A program made the position numbers and the translations under genes. From the NCBI GenBank assembly GCA_016190665.1, contig JACPQD010000091.1, positions 27,246-91,245 of the forward strand: a stretch of DNA of 64,000 bases. Reading direction: 5' to 3'. This stretch comes from Chloroflexota bacterium. GTDB lineage: Bacteria; Chloroflexota; Dehalococcoidia; JACPQD01. The notes beneath the pieces were generated by a model. The model did not search any database, was not told where the DNA came from, and saw only the letters and a list, made by a program, of their open reading frames with translations. Shown piece after piece: positions 46,310-55,872 of this stretch; position 1 is the stretch's first letter, and each line of letters begins with the position of its first letter.

Positions 46310-46437
46310 GTTACTTCGTGTATAGGCGGTCCAAGTCCGCCACAAAGCCTTTCATGCGCTCCAGGCAGGCGTCGTACGGCGGCTCCAGGATATTCAGGGC
46401 GGCAAAGAGGAAGGCGCTGGAGCCGCAGGTGGGTCGA
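46310..46437 (-). pseudogene. Relic of a second Eco57I/PglX-like N6-methyltransferase (motif I region only, frameshifted)
   Basis: The minus strand reads (L)DP-TCGSSAFLFAALNILEPPYDACLERMKGFVADLDRLYTK*. It aligns at nucleotide level with 48940-49050 of the large methyltransferase (VLDPTCGSGAFLFAALNILEPLYEACLERMEVFVEELDR). Confidence 0.65.
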
Positions 46438-46457
46438 GGGGGCGAACTCCGGAATAG

Positions 46458-46808
46458 CTAAGCGCCCGCGATGCGGACGGCCGCATCAGTAACGGTGACG
46501 AAGCTGCCAGGAAGCCGGTCGGCGTGTCGCGCGAGCAGTTGGTGAAGCGCTGCAATCTTGGAGGCTGGCCGTTCGTCGTCAAGACGCAGAAGAACGACAC
46601 CCTTGTGCGGGCGCCCTCGTCGAAAGACCTTCTCGCCGAAGCCTTTGTCATTGGTGATGAGAATCCAGTTACCGTCAAAGGCCTTGCGGATTATGTCGTC
46701 ATCCTCCATGCCGCGAGCTTCCTCGAACACTGAGAAGACCTCGTGCCGCTGCCCGCGCAGCCACCGGGCGACGGACGGACCCGTGCATTCATCCACGAGA
46801 AAGCGCAT
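46458..46808 (-). CDS. DUF5615-family PIN-like (Mut7-C type) putative toxin
   Basis: MRFLVDECTGPSVARWLRGQRHEVFSV...DDDIIRKAFDGNWILITNDKGFG. Confidence 0.85.
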   Translation of the reverse strand: MRFLVDECTGPSVARWLRGQRHEVFSVFEEARGMEDDDIIRKAFDGNWILITNDKGFGEKVFRRGRPHKGVVLLRLDDERPASKIAALHQLLARHADRLPGSFVTVTDAAVRIAGA

Positions 46809-47057
46809 CTAGGCCGATTCCACGGCGACGGGGACGAATGTCGTATCCTCCAGCGACTTGGTGGCAAACAGCAGGCAGGCTTGAATATCTTCCGGAGTGA
46901 GTCCTTCATACTCTTGCAGGATCTCAACGACCGTTGCGCCGTGGGCGAGAAGATTCAGGATGTGCTCCACTGTCAGCCGTGTTCCCTTGATGACCGGCTT
47001 GCCTACCATCACCCCAGGGTCGGAGACGATTCGCTCCAAAAGTTGCTTGTCTCTCAT
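46809..47057 (-). CDS. DUF433-family putative antitoxin
   Basis: ..IVSDPGVMVGKPVIKGTRLTVEHILNLLAHGATVVEILQEYEGLTPEDIQACLLFA.. The stop TAG abuts the ATG of the DUF5615 gene. The start is placed at ATG 47057 (aggggg upstream). Confidence 0.85.
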   Translation of the reverse strand: MRDKQLLERIVSDPGVMVGKPVIKGTRLTVEHILNLLAHGATVVEILQEYEGLTPEDIQACLLFATKSLEDTTFVPVAVESA

Positions 47058-47237
47058 GTTGGCACCCCCTATCACTTTGCCCAGACTCGCCAGGGTACCA
47101 TTCTACCACTCACCTTCAGACAGGTCAACGCGTAGCCAATTCGTTGGCATTAGTGCAAGGCGGCTTTCTGGTCAACTTGGAATCCTGGCTATTGTGACCC
47201 TTGTTGGTCGACCTAGGGGCTCCGCCGCACTGAAACG

Positions 47238-50200
47238 CTAGCCATCTTCAGCACCAGAGTCCGTCCCCATGCGGTACTTGATGTCATAGTTGATGATGAA
47301 GTCCAACTCCTCTTCGGTGAAGCCGTAGTGCTTGGCGAGGACACTGTCAACGTGGTCCAACAGCGGCTTCGACAACCGAGGATAAAACTCCTGGTAGGTA
47401 ATCTCGCCTGTAAGCGATGACGTTTTGTTCTTCATTTGACTCGTCTGCCGATACTCTTTCATCAACTCTCCACACAGCTGTACGAGTTGATTAGCATTTG
47501 CCTGAGCAAGCGAGCTCAAGCCGACGGGGAATTCTCTAAGGTCACTTGGATTCAAATCTCGACAGTTTGTAGTCAAGATGAAATACCAATAATAGAGAGA
47601 ACTACTCAAAAGTGAGATGCTGATATCGCGCTTGCAGGCCGACTCCAACCATAGATAGTTTTCCCGGCTTGAAACGCCATTTTGACCATTCAGCACAAAT
47701 TTAGGCTGGAAATTTGTAAAAATCTTCCAGTACCGTCCGCCTCCAATACGATAGTACACTGAATAAGGTGATCTGGCCCCAAATTCACTACCTAATTGGG
47801 AATCCAAACCATTGAGTTTATGCAGTATACTATTTTCAGCTGATGAGCTCAGCTTTGGGATCACGTAGGGTTTGATTTCAGCATCCACCGGCTGATAGGC
47901 GATGCGGGCAAATAGACTTGGCCTTTCCTCGCTCGCCCATTTGGTCAGGCCAGTCGTGAAGACCTTGCATTGCATAGCACTATGAATTCTGGAGAGCCAT
48001 ATAGTCAATAGTACTTCTGCTCCGACGAATAGCTTGCTAGGCCTCTCTGCAAAATTGCTTAGCCATAGATGGTCTGATGAATCGCGGACTGCAGCCTGCA
48101 AAGCAGCCATTCTCTGGGTGCAAACAGTACTGATGGGCATTATGAAACCGAAGCTACCATTAGTCTTCAGGAGTGTCACAGCTCTTTCCGTCATGAAGGC
48201 GTACAGGTTTCCGCATTCAGTCGTAGCGTAGCCGTGCAATGAATATGTATTCCTGACTTTGCTATATTCCACGTATGGCGGATTGCCTATAATGACGCCG
48301 AAGCCACCATCCGCCATGATGCCATAGAACTCGACGAACCAATGGAAAGGCTGGTGGGTGGCCCTCCATTTTGCATAGGCGGCCATGTCTTTTTCGCCGA
48401 TTCCATATGTCGCTGACAAGTAGTGGTCTAGCTGGTCCCGCAGCTTCCCCAGGCCGTCGCGCACCAACCCCTTCCCTACGGCGAAGTCCCCCGCGTCCAT
48501 CTCGCGGCCGCTCTGGCTGTCCCTGAATTGCTGGAAGGCCCAGTCGGCTACCTCGGCGTCCTCTTCAATGCGCTTGAGGGTCGCTTCATCCTCGTCCGAG
48601 ACCATCCGGTGCTGCCCGTTAGGCCCCATGGTCATCGCATTCCGCACCGCATCCAGCGACGTAAAGCCCACCAGCGTGTTGCCGGCCCGGATGTTGAAGT
48701 CGATGTCCGGCAGTGGCTCCACATCCTCGACGCGCTCCACCTGGGCTACCAGCTTCAAGAAGAGCCGCAGCTTACAGATTTCCACCGCCTCCGCCATGAT
48801 ATCCACGCCGTAGAGGTTATTGAGCACAATGGACTTCAGGATGAAATAGCTCCTCCTGGGGTGCTTGCTCTTATCGTTGGCGTGTTCCAGCACCTTGCGG
48901 AAGTCGGAGAACTTCTCCGGGTGATGCTTCTCCCCGGACCTGTCCAGTTCTTCTACGAAGACCTCCATGCGCTCCAGACAGGCCTCGTATAAAGGCTCCA
49001 GAATATTCAGAGCGGCAAAGAGGAAGGCGCCGGAACCGCAGGTGGGGTCGAGCACGGATATCTCCTCGATGCTCTTCCAGAAGGCCCGCAGGAGGTCCGG
49101 CCCTTCGCAGGCCTCGATGACATCCTGGGCGAACTGGCGCAGGTCCAGATTACAGGTGATGAGGTCATTGATACTGTGAATGTCTCCGGCGGCGAGTTTG
49201 GCCCGCACCTCCAGCGGGTGCGGCGCGCCACATGCTCGCGCCAGGTCTCGGTAGCCAACGCGAAACTGTCATCGGCCGGACGGTTCCAGCCGCCCCGCTT
49301 TGCGACATCGGCGACGCCGGCAGCGATGCCTTCGGGAAGCGGCAGGTCGACGCCTTTCCTGACGGCCTCGTAGATATAGCGGTCCGGGTCATCCCGTAGG
49401 AGCCGCCAGACGGCGCCTTCAGGCCGGAAGGCGATGGCGCACTTCTTCTCGGCGGCGTCGAAGAGGAAGGGGATGATGGTGCTCTTGCTGATGTACTCGG
49501 TGATATCCTCTTTGGTATAGTAGGCCCCCATCTGCTTCTGGTTGATGTACTTCTCAAAGATATAGCCGAGCACGTCGGGGTTTATCTCGTTATCCGCCCG
49601 GGTGGGCCGCTCGTCCAGGTGCCATTGGTAGGCGTCAAAGAAATCGAATAGCCTTTCGAAAGCCTCGTCTGGGATCTGGATTTCGGGATTGTCATTTTCG
49701 AGCTGGTGTGTATCGAAGAGGCCGCCGTTAAGATAGGGGACATTCCCCAACAATGTGCTCAGGTCCCCTTTTCGGTCTTCCTTTGGTTGCGCGAGACCTT
49801 CATGGAAGAGACGCCGCAAAAAGTAGCGGTAGAAGGTATGGAATTTCCCTATGCCTTGGGAATGGCGGACCATCTGGAGGCGATTTCTCAAGTAGTGGTC
49901 ATCGCCGTCCAGGAATCCCTTCTTCTGAATAAAGTAGATGAACATGAGGCGGTTCAACATGAGAGAGGCGTACCACTCGCGATCGGCCACCGCGGTGATG
50001 CCTTCGATGAAGGAGAGGAAAGCCTTGTGTTCCTCCTTGAAGCGGTCATAGAAGCGCCTGGTCACCCGGTCCACGTCGAAGGCCTGGCGGACCTTGCCGA
50101 AGATGTCAACGATGGTCAGCTTCTCCTCTTCGTCGAGGCTGACCATGAGGTTCTGCAGCTTCTGTATCAGGGAGTCGCCCGGTTGGGCGCAGACATAGGT

Positions 50201-50549
50201 GTGCTCGCGTCGGGCAGCGGGCCTGCCTTTCTCCCGCCGGACCCATTGCCATGTCTGCACTGTCCTGTCCTGGTTCACGAAAACGACAATATGCTCGTGG
50301 GCGCTCTTGGCCACCTGGCGTTCGATCTTGCCACGGGTGGGATAGTCCGGGATTTGTCCTTTGGGACCAGGCTGGCACTCATAGGCCACCATGCCGCGCT
50401 TCTCGGCAATGGCATTGACCACGTAGTTGACGCCATCGTTCTCGACAACGAGCGGCGCGGTGATGGTTCCAGCCCAGCTCTTCAATGAAAAGCGCCGGCA
50501 GGTCGCAGCTCTTCAGCTTCTCTCGTATGAGCGTCGTGGTATCTGCCAC
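47238..50549 (-). pseudogene. Large Eco57I / BREX-PglX-like N6-adenine DNA methyltransferase, disrupted by two frameshifts
   Basis: Three collinear frames. (1) GTG 50549 gives VADTTTLIREKLKSCDLPALFIEELGWN. (2) ORF 49007..50485 has ..AIAEKRGMVAYEC.., ..LMLNRLMFIYFIQKKGFLDGD.., ..MGAYYTKEDITEY... (3) ORF 47238..49208 has ..VLDPTCGSGAFLFAAL.. (motif I) and ..VIIGNPPYVEY.. (motif IV). Frame changes lie near 50455-50468 and 49212-49220. Confidence 0.82.
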
Positions 50550-50630
50550 TAGCCTACCGCCTGCGATTTATCGTTAGTCATTGCTCTGCTCCGAACGGGA
50601 CTGGCTGCGTTCCAGACAAATCCCTCTCAA

Positions 50631-50679
50631 TCTCCCTTTGCCAAAGGGAGAGGTATCTTCCCCCTTTCGGAAAGGGGGA
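50631..50679. repeat. Two adjacent perfect 9-bp hairpins between the helicase and methyltransferase genes
   Basis: tctcccttt-gcc-aaagggaga (50631-50651) and tcccccttt-cgg-aaaggggga (50659-50679), followed by ttaaggggga. Confidence 0.7.
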
Positions 50680-50721
50680 TTAAGGGGGATTTATCGCTAA
50701 CGAGGCTTTAGATGCACTACA

Positions 50722-53700
50722 CTACTCACCCCCTGGCGGTGAAAAGAGGCCCAACGAACAGATGATGCGGGGCTCAGCTTCCGGCGCCTCTTCGCTGACC
50801 ACGCACAACCGGTCGTCGGCCCGCAGCGCGCAAACCAATTCCGCCAGGGTTTCATCGCTGACGCCCGACTTCAGTTGCCGGTTGAGTGTATCTATCGCGG
50901 ACTAGCGCAACGGGTAGCGGTAAATCTCGTCGATGGCTTTGGCGATCTCTTCACGGTCGAATAGCGTGCCTTTGATCTCGGTGGCATAACGCTTGAGGCG
51001 CTCGTACGTGCGGAAACGGGCGCCGGAGGGACGCCCGAGCTGGCCGCCCACCAGCTTCTCATCAGCGGTTACCTGTTTCACCGCCGTCTGGACCAGCCCA
51101 TGGTGCAGTTCGTGGCGCGGGATGGCCGGAGTCTCCGGCTTGCAGCGCGCCGCTTCCAGTATGCGCAACTGAGATTGCGTGACGCTTTTCCCGTCCTTGT
51201 CCACCCACGAAAGGGAATCGTTGCCTTCGCCAGTGCGGACGTATACTAACACGCCCTGCGGTTGATTCGTCGTACCGTGATGCGCCCGAGTCGAGTACAC
51301 GACATCGGGCAAGTCGGAGATAGTCTTCAGTAGAGCTGGGTCGGCGTCCGTGGCGTTCTTCCATATCTGATAGGCTTGGGAGGCCAGGTCTACCTCGGCG
51401 TCCGCTTCGCCATCGAGGATACCCGCCTTCTCGTTGTAGAGGTCAACTACTGGTTGACCGGTGGCCTCGTCCTCGAAGAACTCCTCATCGGTCCCGACCA
51501 CCTCAGCGTTTTCCCTGAGCCTCTGTCGCACGCGACCGCGAAGCCTTATAATTCGCTCTACGCCCTCGGCGGGCAAGAAGGAGTAGCAGAGTATCTCCTC
51601 TGCCTTCTGCCCGATTCTGTCGACGCGGCCGGCGCGCTGCACCAGGCGAATGATGGCCCATGGCAGGTCATAGTTGACCACAATATGGGCGTCTTGCAGG
51701 TTCTGGCCTTCGCTGAGCACATCCGTAGCTACCAGGACGCGAGTCACCTTGTCCGGCGAGACAACGGCCGTCTTTTCGTTGCTCTCCGGGCTGAATCGCC
51801 AGGCGTCAGCGGTGGGGTCAGCCGAATCGCCGGTGACTCCCCGCACGGCCTTGACTCCCCGTTCCTCAAGCTGCCGGGACAGGTAGTTCACTGTATCCGC
51901 GAATTGACTGAAGATAAGGACTTTGTCGTGCGGGTGCTGCCTGGTGATCAAGTGGAATAACGTGTCCAATTTGGCATCTTTCTTTGTATCCCAGGCGCCG
52001 CAGGAGTTGAGGACTGCGATGAGAGACTTCGCATCTGTGGCGAGATGAAGGGCAAGTTCCGGTCTGAAAAGGGAGGGACGCAGCCACCGGAAGCGCCGCT
52101 TGCAGGGGCCGGCGTAGTATTGATACGTCCTTGCTGCCTGTTCCCTGAATTCCTGCTCGGTGGGAATACGACTGAAGTTAGCCGCCGGCTCAGTCGCGGC
52201 ACTGTCGTCATCGGCGTCAAACATGTTGGGCGCGGCGGGATCTGCATCCGCATCCGAGGTGCGGGTATCGAGCAACTCGGCGGCCTGGGCGCCCAGGGGA
52301 ACGTCCAGGCCATTCTCTATGGCGTGAAGAACGACATAATTGCGCAAGATGTGCCGGTGTATGGACTGGAGAAAGGCAGGGCCGCCGCTTTCGAGGCGCT
52401 TGAATAAGTTGACGCGACAGAAGCCCATCAGCCGTTTGCCGCCGCGGGAAAGGTCTTGGAGTATCCTATCCTCAGAGGGCGTGGCAGGCGGTTGCGGACG
52501 TACTACCGTGTAGGCGCCAAGGCCGTAGCGCGGCAGGTTGAGGGCATTGACTGTATCTACTACCTTCTCCCGGTAGAGGCGAGCATACTGATCGGTCGGA
52601 TCATCGTCCTTTATCTTGAACTTCGCCGTCCTGGGGACGCGCACAGGGAAGTAAGACCTGGTGCCATCCTCGAAAAGGATGTACTTTCTGCCCGTGGCGT
52701 CGGTGTCCGCATAGTTGTCTTGAATGAAACTCCGGGTGCGCCGGACAAGGTACAGCCGCATAAGGTCCCGCCAGTCGTCGGCAGACTGGCTCTTCTCGAA
52801 GGCTGCCAGCGAATGCAGCGAACACTGATGGCGCCGAATAAACTCAGTCTCACCTATCTCCTTCAGAGCCTTCTCCGGCCTGATGCCGAGGTTCTTGTCT
52901 TCCGCCACAAAAAGGCGCAACTGCGCCGAAAGATCGAGATATGTCTTGTTGTACGGCGTTGCCGAGAGGAGGACACACTTGCTCTCGTTCTCCTGAACGT
53001 ATTCCATGATAGCCCGGTAACGGCTGCCTTCCTGGTTACGCAGGTTGTGGCTTTCGTCGATGACGACAACCCGGTATCGCCGCAAGTTGGGGAGTTCCTG
53101 GATGACCCGGCTCAGCGAGAGCACCTTAGCGATAAGGCGATACCTGTCGACGTAGTCTTGCCACATCTTAACCAGGTTCTTGGGACAGATTATGAGGGTC
53201 TCCAGGGAGTGGTCATCCTGGAAGATGCGAGCCAAAGCGGTAGCGACCAGTGTCTTGCCCAAGCCGACCACGTCGCCAATGAGCACGCCGCCGCGCTTGT
53301 TCAGATGATGGGCGGCTATCTTTACGGCGGCGGTCTGGAAGGCAAACAGCCTGTTGCCGAAATCTGCCGGAATATGGAATTCAGATAGCCCGGCGCGAGC
53401 CTCCTGGGAGAGGTGGTATGCCATCTTCAGATAGACGTGGTATGGTGGTGGCTGCTCTTCCCTGGCCCAACTCGTGTCAATGATCTCAGCGAGTTCGGCT
53501 GAAATATCAAGACACCACTTGTCGTTCCACCGGTCGTTGAACCATTTGGTGAGCTTGATACAGGCGTCCTGGTCAAGCACGTCGACGTTCAGTTCGCCCT
53601 GTGCCGACAGGCCGGCGAAGGTGAGGTTACTGCTCCCCACAAAGCCCACGCACGGGTTGTTGGGGTCAGTCCGGTGGAGGAGGTACAACTTGGCGTGGAG

Positions 53701-54106
53701 ACCGTGGCGCAGGAAAAGCTTCACGACGACCTTCCTGGCCTTTAGCTGGGCGCTCAACCGGCGCAAGCCGGCCTCGTCGTCATTCGTCGGCGCACCCATC
53801 AGGAGCTGTTCGTGGAATTCTTCCGCGACCTGCTTCTTAAGCCGGAGGATGGCCGACTGGTCGAGGGCGCCCTGTTGCGCCAGTCCGATGAGGGAACGAA
53901 GTTGTTCCCGAGGCAAGGGTTGCATCCCCAGCAGAAGGCGGCAACACGCGCCTTCACCGCCACACCAGGGTTCGATAAGCTGGTCAATGTGCTTCCAGCC
54001 ACGCAGGTTGAAGTATCCGACACAGAAGTCCGGTCGCTCGGACTTTGAGCGAGTCCCGAAGGGCGGGCAACAAAACTATTTCAATGTTGTCGAATATTCT
54101 CGGCAT
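50722..54106 (-). pseudogene. PLD(HKD)-nuclease + SNF2-family helicase fusion, disrupted by one frameshift and one in-frame TAG
   Basis: ATG 54106 gives MPRIFDNIEIVLLPALRDSLKV. After a 1-nt shift (~54039-54043) it continues ERPDFCVGYFNLRGWK... into ORF 50902..53925. That ORF carries the HKD motif HAKLYLL...GSSNLT, helicase motif I GDVVGLGKT, motif II VIDESHN and motif VI QRAGRVDRIGQ. After TAG 50902-50904 the same frame continues 59 codons (SAIDTLNRQL...RLCVVSEE...EPRIICSLGL) to TAG 50722. Confidence 0.8.
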
Positions 54107-54240
54107 GCGGCGTAACTCCCAAGGCGCCCTGCGATAGCCTACACCCAGCCGGGGTTTTCTGTCAATGACATGTACTTCGCCCATGTACGGTAAGCAGCGG
54201 CTAAGGGCGTGGGTGGGGCAACCTGCATAAGGCGAAAAGA

Positions 54241-54289
54241 AAGAGAGGCATTGCCGCGGGACGGAACCCTTTGGCCTTGCCTCTCATCG
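54241..54289. repeat. Third copy of the 48-bp hairpin repeat seen at 41334-41432
   Basis: aagagaggcattgccgcgggacggaaccctttggccttgcctctcatcg is identical to copy 1. Confidence 0.9.
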
Positions 54290-54346
54290 TAATTCTTCCA
54301 TAGGATACCAGAAAGTCGCGGTGCCATCAACAGTTTTTCGGGCGTC

Positions 54347-54583
54347 TTGATACGTGCACGCGTTGGTTACATGAGGTCTTTCAGTAACTACATGAAGCAA
54401 AATCTCATTCCGGGGCTTGCTGATCTCAAGTTCTTCGAAGGTCTGGTGTCTCCTATCCTCGCCGCCAAAGCCGCCGAACCGGAGGCCGATGTCGCGGCGC
54501 TGGAGCGGGAGATCGACCAGTTGGTCTACCGCCTCTACGGGCTGACGCGGGAGGAGATAGCGATGGTGGAGGAGGGCGGGTGA
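54347..54583 (+). pseudogene. C-terminal remnant of a restriction-modification / PglX-type methyltransferase
   Basis: The ORF ends ...ALEREIDQLVYRLYGLTREEIAMVEEGG. That tail motif is characteristic of type IIG/BREX methyltransferase C-termini. No upstream body of the gene is present. Confidence 0.5.
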
Positions 54584-54737
54584 TAGCGGCTAGGCGCCGC
54601 TTCTGGCCCCATCTTGCGGTGTCCGCGGCTTGACATCGCTTGCGGCTATTAAGCTATACTGAGAACACAGCGTGGTTCTGTCGTATTCAAAGCCAGGGGG
54701 TGTGTCGGTGGCTGAGATCGTGGTACACCAGGAAGAT

Positions 54738-55001
54738 ATGAGTATGCTCATTGATAGTCTTGAAAAGAGATTACAGGAGTTTGAGTCTCGGTACGAGATG
54801 AAGAGCGCGGACATGCACCGCCTGCTTTCCCTTAAGTCGGCTAAGGAGACAGCTGACATTGCGGAGTGGATGCAGGTCTATCAAGTGAGAAAATGGCTAA
54901 GAAGAAACCACACCGCCACGGCTGGAACTCGTACGACGGCTACAAGAACATTGAGCAGGCGAGGCTCGAAGGCCACCCCTTCGTTAAGTCCCACAACATA
55001 G
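54738..55001 (+). CDS. Small hypothetical protein upstream of the TumE-like gene (candidate antitoxin); both ends uncertain
   Basis: MSMLIDSLEKRLQEFESRYEMKSADMHRLLSLKSAKETADIAEWMQVYQ is helical and coding-like. The 3-prime ~110 nt overlap the next gene in another frame. Confidence 0.35.
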   Translation: MSMLIDSLEKRLQEFESRYEMKSADMHRLLSLKSAKETADIAEWMQVYQVRKWLRRNHTATAGTRTTATRTLSRRGSKATPSLSPTT

Positions 55002-55354
55002 AATACGAGTTTTACCAGTCCGCGGGCGCACAGTTTTTGTCGATCTCCGGGACGGTCCTCTGCCACGCCGATGTGGTGCTGGAGGTCGAGAAGTATCTCC
55101 AAGGGCGCCGGACACCAAGAGGGCTCATTCTAATTCGAACCTTTTCGTACCGTTACAACGCGTCCATTCCAGGCAAAGGGAATGTGCTGCGTTATGACAA
55201 CGGTCACAATTTCGACGAATATCATCGTCACGTGTTTGATGTCGTCACTGGCAAAGAAATCACCTTCGAGATACTTGACAGGCAGAAGTTCCCCACGTTT
55301 CCAGACATCCTGGACGAGCTGCAAGCGATGTTCGAAGCGAGCGACGACAGGTGA
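54866..55354 (+). CDS. TumE-like (DUF6516-type) putative toxin
   Basis: ..VLEVEKYL......IRTFSYRYNASIPGKGNVLRYDNGHNFDEYHRHVFD.. fits the DUF6516 pattern (YSYh...RYDN..H....HHKH). The start may be ATG 54893. Confidence 0.55.
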   Translation: MDAGLSSEKMAKKKPHRHGWNSYDGYKNIEQARLEGHPFVKSHNIEYEFYQSAGAQFLSISGTVLCHADVVLEVEKYLQGRRTPRGLILIRTFSYRYNASIPGKGNVLRYDNGHNFDEYHRHVFDVVTGKEITFEILDRQKFPTFPDILDELQAMFEASDDR

Positions 55355-55363
55355 CCTGGGCCT

Positions 55364-55618
55364 ATGAAAATCACCTACGATCCCGAGATTGACGCCCTCT
55401 ATATTCGCCTGCTCGAAGGGAAGCACGAGTGCCGCACGGTGCGGCTGAACGAGGAAGTCGCCTTCAATATCGGCAGGGGCGAGAAGCTCGTGGGCATCGA
55501 GATTCTGGACGCCAGGGAAGTTCTGGGGGCTTTACCAGCCGTGGTTTTGGAGGGCATTACCGCAACGACTGCCCCCGTAGCGTTGCGAGAGAAGCCTGAA
55601 AAGAATAGAAAATCCTGA
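55364..55618 (+). CDS. DUF2283 protein (copy 3)
   Basis: MKITYDPEIDALYIRLLEGKHECRTVRLNEEVAFNIGRGEKLVGIEILDA. It lies 9 nt after the TumE-like gene. Confidence 0.82.
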   Translation: MKITYDPEIDALYIRLLEGKHECRTVRLNEEVAFNIGRGEKLVGIEILDAREVLGALPAVVLEGITATTAPVALREKPEKNRKS

Positions 55619-55625
55619 ATATCCT
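55607..55625. repeat. 19-bp direct repeat, left copy
   Basis: agaaaatcctgaatatcct overlaps the stop of DUF2283 copy 3. It is identical to 55854-55872. Confidence 0.9.
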
Positions 55626-55853
55626 CTACTGACATGGATGTACAGGATAGACAGGATAAGATTGAATCATTTCAATCCTGTTCACCCTGGGCTCCGATCC
55701 AGGGTTCATCTTGGTATCCATGTTCTCGTGCTTGGTTCTTCTTGTCGCAGCGCCACAAGAAAAGCTCTATCACAGACCAATTCAAGAAAGCCCGCGCCAA
55801 GTCTATTGATTACCTACTCGAACGGGCAGCGTTCACAGGATAAGAGACGGAAC

Positions 55854-55872
55854 AGAAAATCCTGAATATCCT
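55854..55872. repeat. 19-bp direct repeat, right copy
   Basis: agaaaatcctgaatatcct. The two copies bracket 228 bp of caggata/aatcctg-rich sequence. Confidence 0.9.

Noticed and set aside
47238-54106. Calling the helicase + methyltransferase pair a DISARM or BREX system
   Set aside because: Core signature genes are absent from the neighbourhood (drmA/drmB DUF1998 for DISARM; pglZ, brxC and brxL for BREX). Only component-level resemblance can be claimed.
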